DNA of 64,000 bases from Eledone cirrhosa (lineage: Eukaryota), in assembly GCA_964016885.1 (NCBI GenBank), contig OZ024748.1, positions 9,920,001-9,984,000 of the forward strand, written 5' to 3'. The position numbers and the translations under genes were made by a program. The notes under the pieces were generated by a model. It ran no database searches and was not told the DNA's origin. It saw nothing but the letters and a program-made list of their open reading frames with translations. This document shows positions 22,430 through 57,100 of the stretch, in pieces. The stretch's first letter is position 1, and each line of letters opens with the position of its first letter.

Positions 22430-22680
22430 TGAAAGGATAACAAGGACGATTGGTTACTCCTTCATTACATTTATTGGTAGGTGACAGCTCAAGGTTCGAT
22501 CTGTATCGATCCTACCCGACGGAGCCTTTAAAATGCATTTTAAAGGGTCCGTCGAGCTGCCGATCATTGAGTCGGGTAGGATCGATACAGATCGAACCTT
22601 GAGCTGATCAGTGGCGAAACGCGTGTCACCTACCAATAAATGCAATGAAGGAGTAACCAATCGTCCTTGTTATCCTTTCA
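22430..22680 (+). repeat. ~250-bp nested fold-back with a degenerate hammerhead core in one arm
   Basis: Arms 22430-22520 and 22571-22680; inner hairpin 22518-22553; CTGATCA-GTGGC-GAAAC-GCGT-GTC at 22604-22627 followed by AATAAA. Confidence 0.7.
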
Positions 22681-23851
22681 ATATATATATATATGTTAGT
22701 ACTGGTGACAGACATGATAAAATGCACCCAGTACACGGCTGAAGTAGTTGGTGTTACAAAAGCATCCAGCCATAGAAACAAAGCTAGAATGGAACATATA
22801 AGTAGCAAGACAGTCATCTGACCTGTCTAGTCTCAGAACTTAGTAACTGTCATTAAAAATACTTTGGTATTTGTTCTAGTCAAAGTCAACTTTGCCTTTC
22901 ATCTTTTCAAGGTCAATAAATAAAATACCAGTCCATTACTGGGGTTGAATCTTTTCTTTCTCTGGAAGAAATTGGTTGGGTTGTGACCCACTGAGGGATA
23001 GACTCTGTCAGGCTTAAAATTCCTAAAACACACAATGTGTCAGGACGGTACTGCTACAAATCTATTAAGAGTTAAGGGTCCTTTTATTACATAATATATC
23101 AGTGTTAAATATTACTAAATAACAATATATATTTCAGAAGAAGCACTGGGAAATTGATGGACTTTATAACTCAACAAAGAAACTGCTGCACTATTTTATC
23201 ATGAGCTAATGAGACGATCTCAATCTACTAAACATAGCGGAGAAGTTTATCTTAAAACATACCATACTTTTTATATAGTTGTAGATAACATTATCTTTGA
23301 AGATAAAAAGGTCAAAGCTTAAAAATCTTTAAATGTTTGCTGTCAGTGTTGACTCAAACAAGAATGTCAACATCACTACCACCAATACACCAAGGAACCT
23401 CTATATGGTCAACAGACTTGCTAGAAGAAACAGCCAAATTTCCCTTAAATCACACACAATATGTACGTGTTTGATGCCTGACATCAATCTCTGTAATGTT
23501 AATTGTACAAGACACAAACTTCGCCCGATTGATCACTAATTCGTGATCGATCACAGATACCACCAAGCCCCATTTTACCTTCCAAGAAGAGTCCCTAATT
23601 ATGTCAACTACATGACAATGTCTCGTGTGTTGCTACAACAACACACGTCCATCACACTCTGTGATGTGATTGTGTGTATTCTGTTTCTCTCTATATATAG
23701 TGCAAATGGTTGTGCGAACCACACAACTCTATGTTTAGGTTTTTTCTTTTCAGATGTAGGGCAGTGATCTGAAAGTTTGGAGAAGCCACCTGGGGGTGGG
23801 GTGGATGTGTCAAATGGATGGATAGACAGACAGACAGACAAACAAAAAGAT

Positions 23852-23885
<34 letters not shown>

Positions 23886-24168
23886 CAGGAAATAATAAGA
23901 AAACAAATATAAACACATTTTCTTGTTTTGTATTTTCTTTTGTATTGCATTGCTTGCATCATTATCATCATCAATATTATTATTATTATTATTATCAATA
24001 TCATTATTATTAGTAATAGTAGCTTCCAAATTCTACAGTGACACTAAAGACACTGTAATATTTTTATATAGCAGAGTTATATTCCAAGGTGATGATGTTT
24101 TGTGCAGAGAAGGAAGAATTTTAGAGAAGCCGGACAGCAACAATAACAACAGCATGGAGACTGATAGG

Positions 24169-43531
<19,363 letters not shown>

Positions 43532-45090
43532 CTTGGTGGTTCACCGTTTTTATTTTCCTTACTGTGGACTAAATAATGGTAAAAGGATGTTTAAACAGTA
43601 ACAGAAATCATCACATGGACCAGACAACTTTTTATACACATTTCATCGCAGCAAATAATTTCGGAAGTTCATCTCAAAATACGGTCACTAAATATTTTCT
43701 GTCCCGTCTTGAAAATTACCCCGGATAAATTATTCAACAGTTGAATTAACTAGAAATAGAAAAACAAAAAAACAACAACAAAAACTGTTATTCCAATATT
43801 ATAAATAATATAATGTTTATGATATGCGAAATGAACAAATTAATTTTTGGGGAGTCAGAAAGGAAAGGAAAAAAAAATTCTTAGGTACAAGTTTACACTA
43901 ATTAGTTAATAAGTCGCGTATATTTCTTATTAACAGTATTGCTACGTTTAGAATTTTGCCGCCCCTTCAACCACACTTCTGGTGGTGGGTGGGGGTGGGT
44001 CTTAAACATTATTTCCAGCAGGTCCTCCACATGTAAAGTGTACTGCTCAAGTTTCTCTTAAAGGACGATTTTCATTCCTTCACTGTTATGGTTATCATTT
44101 TCAAATGTTAATTTCACTCAAGGAAATTATTGGTAGTTGTCCATAATCTTAAAACGAAGGATTACCAAATAAAATAAAGTACCGGTCACGCACTGAGATC
44201 GATTTAATCGACTTTCCCCTGCCCCAAAATTGCTGGCTTTGTGCCTATATAAGAAACAATTATTAACAGAAATAGGTGGAATCTAATGAAATTAGTAATA
44301 GTCTGAGTCGGCAAAACAAATCTTACTATTCTCCAGAATAGCGACTGCGCTTCTCTCTGATAGATTAATGTAAATAAGAGAATGATATATTCCCAGTTAG
44401 GTTTAAGGTAAAGGTTAATTCAAACATTTTCCTTTAATTGACTCCAGTTTGACAGAAAACATAAACTAACACAACATTTGATTAACCCTAATTTGCCATA
44501 AATATTGTTGTCGTATTTATTATGAAGAACTACCGAAAACAAGAATTATGATATTTTGGGTAAAACTTTTTTCGAAGAAACGTCAGACATAACTTTTGAC
44601 ATAAATTCATTTTCACCGCCCTGACACTGTTAAAATTTGAGAGAAAGGAATTAACATTCTTAAAAATGAAATGATTTTATTCTAAATATGTAAGTTTAAA
44701 ACAAAAACAACAAATATTGCTGTCGACATTCTTGTCAAATTTGATTAGACTAAATAAATATTAACGACACTCTTGATAGACACACGATTTCTTTACTGAT
44801 ACACGTAGTAAACACAACCATGCTAGAAACAGCAGCCAAATCTCGTTTGCAGATGTCGCTGGCTCTTGTTCGCTGAAAGTAGCTGAGATGTACTGTCTAG
44901 ACAGGAATGTAGAGTCTGCTGCTTCCTTCCTTTTACTTTCGCTTATTAATTAATTTTCTTTTTATTGCAAACTTTATTGAATTGAAATTTGTTCAATAAA
45001 CCTTTAACGGGAGATAACTCATGTCGTTAAAAATTTATTCTGTGGCGGGGAACTTGAAAATATTTGTTTTAAACGTTATACAGACAAACA
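43532..45090. promoter_or_regulatory. Divergent (probably bidirectional) promoter region between DRG2 and ERI2
   Basis: The two start codons are ~1.56 kb apart and point away from each other; a GC/GT-box-like cluster (gccgcccc, ggtgggtgggggtggg) lies at ~43959-44000. Confidence 0.6.
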
Positions 45091-45116
45091 ATGAAAAGTA
45101 CCAAAGAATTAGCGAG
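45091..45116 (+). CDS. ERI2: ERI2 first coding exon
   Basis: MKSTKELAR|gtaatt. Confidence 0.85.
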
Positions 45117-48100
45117 GTAATTATAAAAATAAGTTTTCAGCATTCTAGTATTAATAAAATTTAATAACCATGTTTATTTAAAATATGTTTACTAAACATT
45201 TTAATCCCCTTTGAAGAGAATGAAAATATATCGTCGGCTCGTATATATGAGCTGACAAGATATATTTTTTTTTACATTTCTAGTATTTATTTTATGATCT
45301 ACAGAGCATATAAATAAATAAATTTACAGTAGAATAACATAACAAATATGTTTTAAATATATACATAAATAACATTACAAATGCTTCGGTAACACTATAA
45401 AGGATGATACAATGAAAGATATATTCTTTTAATGTTACAATATTAAAGAAAATGTAAAGGAAGGGGTGAATAACGGAGCCAACACCAGAGCAAAAGACAG
45501 CAACGTCGCGAGTACTGGGCAACCTCTCTAATGATTTTTCATTTTCTTCAAAGTTAAGGATATAAAAAAATCCTATTTCTCTAAATGTCGAAATAATGCA
45601 ACCTATTTGGGAGGGGAAGAGGAATTCTAATGAAGACTTCTTCCGAAATTTACTCTAAAGATAGCACCAGGCTTTGAAATACGTATTTTAATGATTCTCG
45701 TAGAACAACAGGAAAGCCTAACGGATGCAGAATTAATTCCAATGTCTGGTAGGGGGTATCTTTGACAATAGATGGAGAAAACGAAAATACCTCGTGCGAT
45801 TCACTGGTTCTTAGTGTTGTTACGGGTTAATACAAATATTTTCGCGATCCATTGTTTATATGCCCAACTTCCACTACTTTTCAAATTCAAAACCTTTATA
45901 TAGCTCAACGGTTCTAAAAATAGATTGTATACAAGACTATTTATTTAAGACTGTTTACATTTATCTCAAAATCTTTCATAATTTTATGCAAAAAACCTTT
46001 ATACCGGTAATTATCGACAAACTATTTTTTGAGATCGATATGTTTGGAGGAGCTGGACCGACGTTCTTGTCTTCGTTGGCGGCTCAATTTACCGACGTGT
46101 CAGGTGATGCCCGTGAGGGTGCCTGGTTGTTCCAGCGCCTTAGTCCCGCTATCACTTGTGCTAATGCTGCCAGCGTATTGGTTTGTCTCAAAAGGTATTA
46201 GAGGAAGGCTCCGGCACCAATTGTAGTGTGACAGACTGACACACTTAGTGTTGACTTAATATTTTCTTTCATTTTGACTCTATATTTTTATGTGAAATAT
46301 TTGTAATTAATAGAGACGTGTGTATGTGTTGAATTTTGACAGCTGTGGCATTTGTGTTTGTAAATTCAATCTACCTATATTGTCAGCATATTTGTTTGGG
46401 GAAATTTAAACTTTGCTATTTATGTAATTTCATCGTTTATTTCGATATAATAAATTTTCTAGTAATTTGAAAAAAAAAAAAAATGAGAAAGTTATCCTAC
46501 AAAATACTTGAATATTTTCAAAATTATCTGAAAAATCACAGATTCTTTCATGAGAAATATGATAACGAAAGGGTAAAAAAATACATTGAATAATGTAGTC
46601 AGAAAATATGGTGGGATGTCCATGACTGAGAAACCTTTGATTATAAATCTACTTGGTCAGGACTAACTGTTACTCCGACACTGATCTACAGTATTATATC
46701 GGTCTTTGTGAAATTTAACCTCACCACATCTGTGTCTTCACAAGGGTGTACATAAGTGGATAGGCGTTATGTGGAGACAGTCGCTCTGGTAAAGGAGCAC
46801 AAAATTTCCTCTGGTTTATCTTCTTTTTCATAGTTCCATTTTCTTTCTCATGGAGCATTGGGTAATAAGAAAATAAGAGACATCCATTTCACACAGTTGC
46901 AAAACTTGTCATGGGCCTGCTCCCAGACCAGTTGTATTTTTGATTATTAGAGGTAAGTTCCTCCCCACTCAATATAGGCAGTTCCTCCCTCCTCCCCACT
47001 CAATATAGGCAGAAAACTAACCTAGAATTTTAAAGGGATAGGGGCCCATTTCAGATACAATGAACCAGATCAGGCTGAGACTGGGATTCAAATCATTTCA
47101 CTTTATCTTCCAAGTAACTCTAGATAATACTGTATCCAGTATTGAAATAACATTTCTTTAAATTGTTTCATTCTACTTTCAAAGAGATAGTGGGTAACAG
47201 TACATCCAGTTTTGAAATGTTTCTTTAAATCCTGAATAACTATATGTCCAGGATAGAAATAATATTTCATTAAATCACTTTATTCTTTTTTTAAAGCAAC
47301 AATCTATAATACATGTTAATTAAGGTGAGGGATACGAAAAGTGTTTTTCCCCTCTAGGGTCACTAGGAATCCTAACTTCACACCTGCATCTTTCTCTCCA
47401 ATATTAATCCTTTTGAAATTTAACCATCTAAAATCACCCCTTATTCTATGATATAAAGCCTCTCATTTAACAATGTCTACATCAGACTTTTATGTAAGAA
47501 CCATTTGTTAATAATATGTTCCAAACACTGACTTAATGTCATAAAAAGTAATTTTACTAAATTCCTCCAAATTCTTGATTATTTTCAAAAGTAATCAAAT
47601 GCAGTGTATTTCATCAGAAATAGGTCATGAAAGGGTTAATTCATTTTATATTTGTCCTCACTTTCAGAGAATTAGGTTTCCTACGTAAACGTCTTCTAAC
47701 ATCTCCAACAAACAAAACAGAAGTGAAACGACATAAAATAAGTGAGTACATTGTTAGACTTTATTTATTATTTAATTCATCATCATCAACATTTTACATT
47801 TGCTTTTCAATCCTGGCATCATTTTCCACCAGCATCCCACATTGCATCTTTTCAACATCTACTCTGTGAGCTTCAGCAATTTGATTCAACACTCACCACA
47901 TCTGTCGAGGTTTCCTTTGGTCTTCCTCTACTGCAGTTATCCTCCACTGTGGTTTCCTGGCATGGGTAGGGTAGTTCTCACAGTATCTCCCCAGTCATTA
48001 CAACCCTTGTTATTCAGCACACACACTGCACTAAAAGGGTTTATATACCAAGTTGGGATATGTGTGCATGTCTGAAAGGGTTTATATATAAAATCATCAT

Positions 48101-51100
48101 CATCACTGCTTAATGTCCATTTTTCCACACTAACATGGGTTAGACGAGGTGTCCAGATATGAGCCAAGCCAGAGCAAATGACTGTGTCCTGCGCACACTG
48201 GACCAATTTTGGCTTGGTTTCTATGGCTGGATGTCCTTAATGCCAATCACATTTACAGTGTGTACTGGGTGCTTTTTGTCATGGTACCCACACAACCACT
48301 TTACAGTGTGGATTGGGTTGGGGGAGGTGCATGGGGATTGGAGAAGTAGTCTAGGGTGGGGGGAACTTATACTTGATAAGTGCCCCACCCTGCCTAGGTC
48401 TTCCAACTCCATAGCTTCCATCAACTATGAGTGCCTGGCATCTTTTTATACAACTGTCATCTGGCATACACATCACATGTTCATACTAACACAATCTCCT
48501 TTTCTACACACTTCTTATGCCCAGTTTCTCTCTCAGTTCATTTATGCTTTGCTGGTCACATATTGCTATTACACATCCATCGAAGCATGTCATCTTCATT
48601 TCTTTCCAATCTTTGTAGGTCCCTGTACACAGCGCACAGGTTTCATTAACGTGTAACATTGGGTGCTTTTTGCCGTGTCACCCACACAACCACTTTACAC
48701 TGTGGACTGGGTGCTTTTACCATACACGACCACTTATATATGTGTATATATATTATATATGTTACTGAATTAAGTCATTGAAATGGATCCTGGCCATGCT
48801 ACTGAACCATTTTCTAAGCTCTAGAATCTAGGATATATTTGATTATATATTTTCTTTCCTTTATTATTTCAGAACAAATCTTTGATTATCTAATAGTGAT
48901 TGATTTTGAATCAACTTGCTGGAGTGACACCAAAACAAGACCACAAGAAATCAGTAAGGCAATATTTTCACTGTTAGAATTACATTTTCTTACTATGGAA
49001 AGATATATTTAAGGCAAAAAATTAGGAGAGAATATTTATTTAAATGTTTAATGTTATTTGTTCCAGCTCTCTGTACTTTGTGTTCAAATCCTAATGAATT
49101 CACACTTGCTTTTCATCCTTTTTAATATGCTAAGTTCAAATAAATCCAGAATTATTATTGCCCAGCCTAATGGTTAGGGTATTGAATTCCAAATCATAAG
49201 TTTGGAGGATCAATTCCTAGTTAGGGCTGTGTGTTTTATGTTTCAGCAAGAGGTTCCATTTTCTGTTGCTCCAGTCTACTCAGCTGAGGTGGTGGAGTTA
49301 ACCCTTGCAATTATCCAGTCTTTTCATGATATGACTTGTTTGTTGACATCCTGACAGATGTTTTCTGCAACTGACAGCAGAATGGCAGAATTCCCAGTAC
49401 TGTGAGATAAGGAGCTGTGGTGCTACTGAGAAAGGACCTGAACAACAGGGACTATGTTGATAATTCTAGGCCCATAACTCTGCTAAATGCAGTGTAAGAT
49501 TTTTGCCAAGGTGTTAGCGACAGGATTGGCATTTGTTATCAGTAGTCTGGTAGATGAGGCATAAACATGTGTCATCCTTAACAGATCCATCTATGACAAC
49601 CTCCACCTCATGATACATCATAGAGAAGATTGCTAGGGAACCTGGCACATATGGGGGCCCTGATAAATGTAGATTAATTGAAAGCTTTTGATATGGTTGA
49701 CCATAAGGGGCTGGCAGCAGTCCTCAAGGCAGCCAACTTTGGATCTATTTTCAAAGACTGGATCACTGCAATGCACAGCATACAAAACTGTTCATTTTAA
49801 AATGTTTATGTTTAAAAACCTTACATCAAAATTTATGTCAGAACCTTTAATACTTTTGGTACCAACCCAAAATCGACTTAGGTTCTAAATCAACTTTGAA
49901 ACTAAACCACCCATTTTAAAGGATTCCTATTTAAATTAAAATCTTCCAACATAATTTTATATAAGAGCCATATGTTCAATTATTATCTCAGCAATGAAAT
50001 AATTAATAATTTCAGTAAATCCTTCAAAATTATTTGTTAATAAAAAATAGTGTATTTCATTAGAAATATGATCACAAAAAGGTTATGTTATGTTTCAAAC
50101 ATCAGCTTAATAAGGAGAAAGTTATATTCATCATCATTGTCATCACCATTTAACATCTACTGTTCCATAATTGCATCGGTTTTCTTAGCACAGCATCACT
50201 TGTCATGCTCCTTCATCATCTACGCTGTGAGCAGCAGAGCTAATTTGAAATCAGCTCACACCACCTCTGTCTAAGTCTTCCTTGGTCTTCCTCTACTGTG
50301 GCTCCCCTCTTCTTGGATTTCTTGGTTCTTCTTCTCCTAACGATCATCATCCATGCGCATCAAGTATCCATATCATCAGTCTCCACTCTTGCACCCTATA
50401 TCTGATTCATCTTATATCTAGTTTCTCTCTCAGTTCATCCATGCTTTATCATTCTCACACATTAACATTGTATATCTATCGAAACACACTTGCTTCATTT
50501 CTCTCTAGCCTACGCATATCCTCTGTGGTCACTGCCTATGTTTCACTATCATGCAGCATTGCATTTTGCACCAACTTTTCTTTCATAAGGAGGAACCTTT
50601 CTCTGTCAACAGATGTAGTAGCTCTCTAAACTTCTTCCATCCTGTCCTTTTTTTAGCTACGATGCTCTTGGAGCACCCTGTGCCACTGCTAATTATATCA
50701 ACTAAGTAGCAGAAGTTATCAACCACTTCTATTGAACATTCCTGGGGTTAGAAAAGGTTTATATCACTCTTACTATCAATTGGCCCTAAGCACCTACTAC
50801 ATACAAAGTTTTCCTTTCCTGTTAGTGTGCCTGTTATCCTACTATACCTTTTGTATACTCCAGATTTATATTAGTAAATTATGAATTATTGTCTACATTA
50901 TTTGAAGATTATAGACAGTGTCATTCATAAGGAATGTGGCAATGAAAGGGTTAAAAACATGTTTGTTTTTTTTATAAAATTCTAGTTGAATTCCCAGCTG
51001 TATTGCTGGATACTTTGACAGGCATTGTAGTGGGTGAATTTCAGCAATATGTGATGCCTGAAGAATACCCCACTCTAAGTGGATTTTGTCAAGAACTGAC

Positions 51101-54100
51101 AGGAATCTCACAGGTAAGAATATGTGTGTCTGTAAATATTATTTACTGTACTCTACCACACAACAATAATACTGTACTGTACCACATAGCAATAATACTG
51201 TACTCTACTACCACTGAGTCACAGAATACAATCAATGGCAGTCAAAAGAGAAGTATAAATGACTTTTGTATTCTGTAGTCTACTCTACTACTGTATTCTG
51301 TAGTGTACTCTACTGTTGTATTCTATAGTGTACTCTAATGTTGTATTCTATAGTGTATACTGCTGTTGTATTCTGTAGTGTACTCTACTGTTGTATTCTG
51401 TAGTGTACTCTACTGCTGTATTCTATAGTGTACACTACTGTTGTATTCTAGTGTACTCTATTGTTGTATTCTATAGTGTACACTACTGTTGTATTCTGTA
51501 GTGTACTCTACTGTTGTATTCTGTAGTGTACTCTACTGTTGTATTCTGTAGCGTACTCTACTGTTGTATTCTATAGTGTACTCTATTGTTGTATTCTATA
51601 GTGTACTCTACTGTTGTATTCTATAATGTACTCTATTGTTGTATTCTATAGTGTACTCTACTGTTGTATTCTATAGTGTACTTTATTGTTGTATTCTGTA
51701 GTGTACTTTAATGTTGTATTCTATAGTATACTCTACTGTTGTATTCTGTAGTGTACTCTACTGCTGTATTCTATAGTGTACTCTAATGTTGTATTCTTTA
51801 GTGTACTCTACTGCTGTATTCTATAGTGTACACTACTGTTGTATTTTGCTTCTATGAAATAAAACCACCCATTTTAAAGGGTTCCTATTTAAATATAAAT
51901 TGTTCAATGTAATTTTATATAAGAACCAAAGTTTGGTAGTGAAATGATTTATAATTTAAAAAAATCCCTCAAGATTCTTGATTAATTCATTGAAATAAAG
52001 AATTATAAATAAAGTCATGAAAGGGTTAAAATGGACTGTTTTTCAGCATCAAGTTGATAATGGAGTTCCATTGAGGTTGTGTTTGAAAATATTCAAGGAT
52101 TGGCTTGTGAAGTTAGGCAAAGAAAAAGGAATCAAATTTTTACCTTCTCAAGAAGACCAAGTTGGCCTCTGTACTTTTGTCACTTGGTCAGGTAAACTCT
52201 TCTGTTTTTATCTCTTTTCTCCCTTAAAAATAACCAGTTATTCATGTGTATATATATGGAAAAGTGGACATAAAATTGCTGATGATGATATATACGAGGG
52301 TAAAGTTCATAGGCTGACTATGAAGGAGTGATGCTAGAGCTGTGAAATCTTGCATGCATTAATTTCAACACTTCTTATTAATAACTGCATTGTTTCTTTG
52401 CAGGCAAACTAACATCTGACTGTTCAAAGAAGACTTCAACATTAACTTGTAGCGACTTCTCTTCAAAATGAACAAAAGTTGGCATGATGTTATCAAGTAC
52501 CTGCAGAAAAAGGGTTTAGATCTCCACAAGGACATTCATGCTGACATTGGTTGCTACGGAGATGGCATCCTAGCTTTATCAATAGTGCAAAATTGGGTAG
52601 CTGAATTTAGGAGGGGAAGGGAGAGTCTTGGAGATGACCAAAGGTCTAGACGTTTTGCAACCACCACCGATGAAAACATTGATCGTGCTCTCCACGTGGT
52701 GATGTATGACAGGTGATTGACTATGAGAGAGTTAAAATTATACAACACAATGAACTTCTGCAGGGAAAGTGATGGCCTCAGTTTTTTTGGGATGCAAAAG
52801 ACATTGTGTTTTTTGACTATCTTCAAAAGGGCCACACCATCAATGGAAAGTACTATTCCAACTTGCTGAGGCAGTTACGAAAGACTATCAAGACCAAAAA
52901 CCAAGGAAAACTAACAAAAGGGGTCTTGTTTCATCGGAACAATGCTCCAGCACATAAGTCCTTGGTTTCAATGGTGGCTGTGCATGACTGGCTTTGAACT
53001 GGTTGATTCCTTTTCTCCCTCCACCCCCATATTCTCCTAATTTGGCTCCATCTGAGTATCGTCTGTTTCCCAACATGAAAAAACACTTTCCTGGCGTCAT
53101 ATCTGCTGTTGATTACATTTTTGACCAATGAGATGAAAGCTTCTTCACCAATGGGATCCAAGCACGATAACATCAATGGAAGAAGTGTGTGGACCCTAAG
53201 GGGGACTATGTTAAAAAATAAACCTCATTTGGTCACATTCCATGAGAGTATCTTGGTCAGCCTATAAACTTTTCAGCTGACCCTCGTATATAATTAATCA
53301 ATACTGGGCCTATAACCAGATTGTGGGGAGGAGCGGGGAGCTACATTTTACATCTGACCTGAGTCTGTTACCAGCTTTTGCATATTGGAATTTAATCTGC
53401 TGACCTAGGACCATACAACAGCAAATACTTTGTTTGTTTTAGACTGGGATTTATCGATGTGTCTGAAAAATGAATGCCGGCGTAAACAGCTGTGGAAACC
53501 AGTTGAAATGAACCAATGGATTGATCTTCGAGCTACATATAAGGTAAAATATAAACATTTCATCATCAGTTTTGTATCCATGATTGTAAGGATTAGTCGA
53601 GTTGTCACTTTCTGAGACCATATAGGTTAGGTGACTGTGTCTCACTCATACGTTTCATTCTGGCATAGTTTCTACAGCTGGATGCCTTTCCTAACACCAA
53701 CCACTTCGTGGCATGTATTGGGGACATTTTATTGTGGCACCAGCATTATCACCTGACAAGGTAAACTCGGTGCATTTTATCGTTGCACCATGACCACTTT
53801 TCAGAGTTAACTAGGTACATTTTATTGTGGCACACACATAAATATATGTATAAAGACTTATTTTTGTTTAATTCCCACCAGCTCACCTTCCACCCTCACA
53901 GATGTAAGAACTATTTATATATTAGCAGGTGAAACAGGACAGTAGAATGTGATTTGAAAGGAATTTGTCAGTAACAACCTAGCCAACAAGGGATACTCTA
54001 TTCAGTCACTGGGCATTTGAGAAATGGAAGCCAAATCTTCAAATTTCACTATACAGTCTTTAAAAAATGAAGGATATATTGGATAATGTAATCCTAAATA

Positions 54101-57100
54101 TACAAAAAGACAAGATGGTCATGACTGGAATAGTTTTAATCAGGATTATTGCAACATCTTTTGACATGGGTTTTACATTGCACCATGCTAATGAAACATT
54201 AATGAATTATACAGTAAATTTGCTTTAGAATGGGTACACCATATTCCTGCATGCTGTAATAGATGATTAAAACAGCTGGATGCCCTTCCTGGGACCAGCT
54301 GTAAAACATGGCTCTGAAAAGGATGATTGGTATGAAGCTTGTTATAGATCCTGCAAAGCTAACCCAAAGCTTAACAGAGTAAATGGCCTTGAAACACTCG
54401 TCATACAGTGTCTATATCACCTCCATTGGTGATATATATATATATCTCCCACTCTTTTCTCTCATTCCCTCCCTTGTCTCTTCCTCTAGGTATATATTTT
54501 AATCTAAAGAAATGGTCATATAGATGCCATGAGGTGTTGAATGGTCTATAGATGCCATGAGGTGTTGAATTAGGTGAGTCATTAGAATGTCAGATAGAAT
54601 GCCTTGTGGTATTCATTCTGACTCCCTCAGTACAAATCCCACTGAGGTCAACTTTGCTTTTCATCCTTTTGCTGTCTATCAATATAAAAACAAAACAGTC
54701 CAGTATGGGGTTGATTTTTCCTCTATATGGCTTTCTCACCTCTCCTCTCATTCTCTCTATCTTACTATAGAAGCAATCAGCTATGTTCAGATCTGGAAAG
54801 GGGATGGGCTCTGGCAGGTTTAAAATGTTATGAAGGCACCCATCAGGAGATAGCGGTCCATATATACAAATGCCATGAGATAAAATGGAATACACAGCAT
54901 TGGAACCGATACAAATTTCACTTTATTCCATTCTTTCTTTTCCTTATACATTTCTACACTATTCCAATGTCTACTTTCAGAGTTTCTATGATCGAAAACC
55001 CAAAGGTTTGAATGGGGCCCTACAAGATCTTGGTATTTCTTTCCGTGGAAGACAACATTCAGGTGGAGTATTTCTCTTACAACTAAAACAATCATTTGAA
55101 ATATTGTTCTTTAACCCTTTTGATATCAAATCACCTGAAACTGCTCCAGGATCTATGCTATTAAGCTGTTTATTTAAAGTGTTTATATCCATCACAATTT
55201 TATGTAAGAACCTTTGCTTATACTCTAAACACCAATTTGATTATCAGAAAATTAGTTATATTACTGAATTCTTTCAAATTCTTAATCATTTGAAAATAAT
55301 TAGCAATAATTTTTATAAAAGAAATATGGTTAACTCTTTTGATACCAACCTACCCAAACCAACCATTTTAAAGGGGTTCTAAATTAAAACTTTCAAACAT
55401 GATATACGTTTAGCAGAAAAATAATATTATGCCTACATGGCATAATATTAATAAGAAGAATATATGTTATTGTTGTTATTTGTTATAGTGAGAAATGTAA
55501 GGTTAAGTGAGAGAGAGGCAAAGTTAGCCATGAAGTGAATGTTTGTTGTAGTAGTTGTAGTTCATTGTAGGCTTTGTAGAACATAATATTATGAGACTTT
55601 ATAATAGTTTACAAGCTTTATTTACAACGCAAGTTAAGCTGGGTTGACAAGTCAAAGAAAGGAACAAACATTATTAAGAGTTTTAAGAAGTAAAGAAAAG
55701 GCGCTGTGCTGGGCCAAAGGAGGCCGACAGGCCAAAGTGAAAATCTCATCGTTACATGATTGTGTGTTGACCTTTCAGAGTCCAAAGCAGCAAGAGAGAG
55801 ATTTTTGAATCGCCGCGGGAATTGTTCCCTCTGGGCGGAAGTCGAGATACATTCTCCTACGCTGATAGCGATTGGCTGAACTGAGCCAAACAACGTACGG
55901 AGAATGTATCGATGAGCCCTCGGAATGTAGGTCACTACATACGAAACCTTTGTTCAGTTATGTTACAAATAACATCTTAATAATAACATAATAAATAATT
56001 GTTGTAAATCAGCATCTCAGCAACTATTCCTGACGGCTCTGCTGCTTTGCCTGATTTCATGTCCTTAATTGCCTTACTTATTAGACTGCTACTGACTTGT
56101 ACTGTTGGTCTCTCTGTAGGGCCCACCTGTGGCAGGCTATCTTCTTCCCACACATTCTCCTCATCCATCAGTCTTTCATAATGACACTTCCATCCTGCCT
56201 TCTTTTGGGGCACCATTGTCATCTTGAACACACTTCTCTCCCACAACATCACTATTTTCCCTGACACACTGCCTTACAATCCTGAACACCTCATGCCATA
56301 TAACATGCATAAATATTTTACTTTCTGCTTCCCTCCTTGCAAAGTATATTTGTCACTTCACCTCTCTCCTAGTCACTCTGTAAAGCTCTCTGCTACCTGC
56401 ATTTTGCCACTGCTTCCATGCCTGTCTCTTGGCCTTAATTGTTTCACCTTATTCCACCACCAAGTCACTCTCCTACACCCTGGACCTCTGCTCCACCCAT
56501 ATACCTCATTTGTAGCCTTCATTAGATTATCTTTCACTGCTCCTCTATATTGTATGTCGCTATTTCTTCTTCCTTATTGTCAAATGTGTCAAGTAAGATA
56601 TCCTTAAATTTGTTACAGGCTGAGGTCTACTTCAGTTTCCATATCCTTCTCCAGGTTTCTCTCTGTCTCCAATTTTGTCTAGCTCTGATTACCAAGTTGC
56701 TGACTTATAGATTATGCTGAGAGGTGCATTCCTCACCCAGGAAGGACATTGTGTTTATAACCTTTGTCTTCCTCTTCCTTCTCCTCCTAATCATCATTGT
56801 TCTATTCTATTTATTGTTCAGGTTTGGATGATTCCCGAAACACAGCCAGTCTGGCCTGGAGAATGATCCAAGATGGATGCTTAATGAAAATAACTAAAAC
56901 TCTGTTAGAGGTAAATTGTAAAACAATAATAATATTTTCTAATTTAGGTAGATACAGATCTGTTAATCTTTGCAGGGATAGAGGCAGGATTACTCCTTCT
57001 TCACTTATTTATTCCTGGGAATGTTATGGGAGCAGAGTCCCCAAATATGAATTTCAGTGAGTTCTGTCAGAAGTAACTGTCTTCAATTGATCTGATTGAA

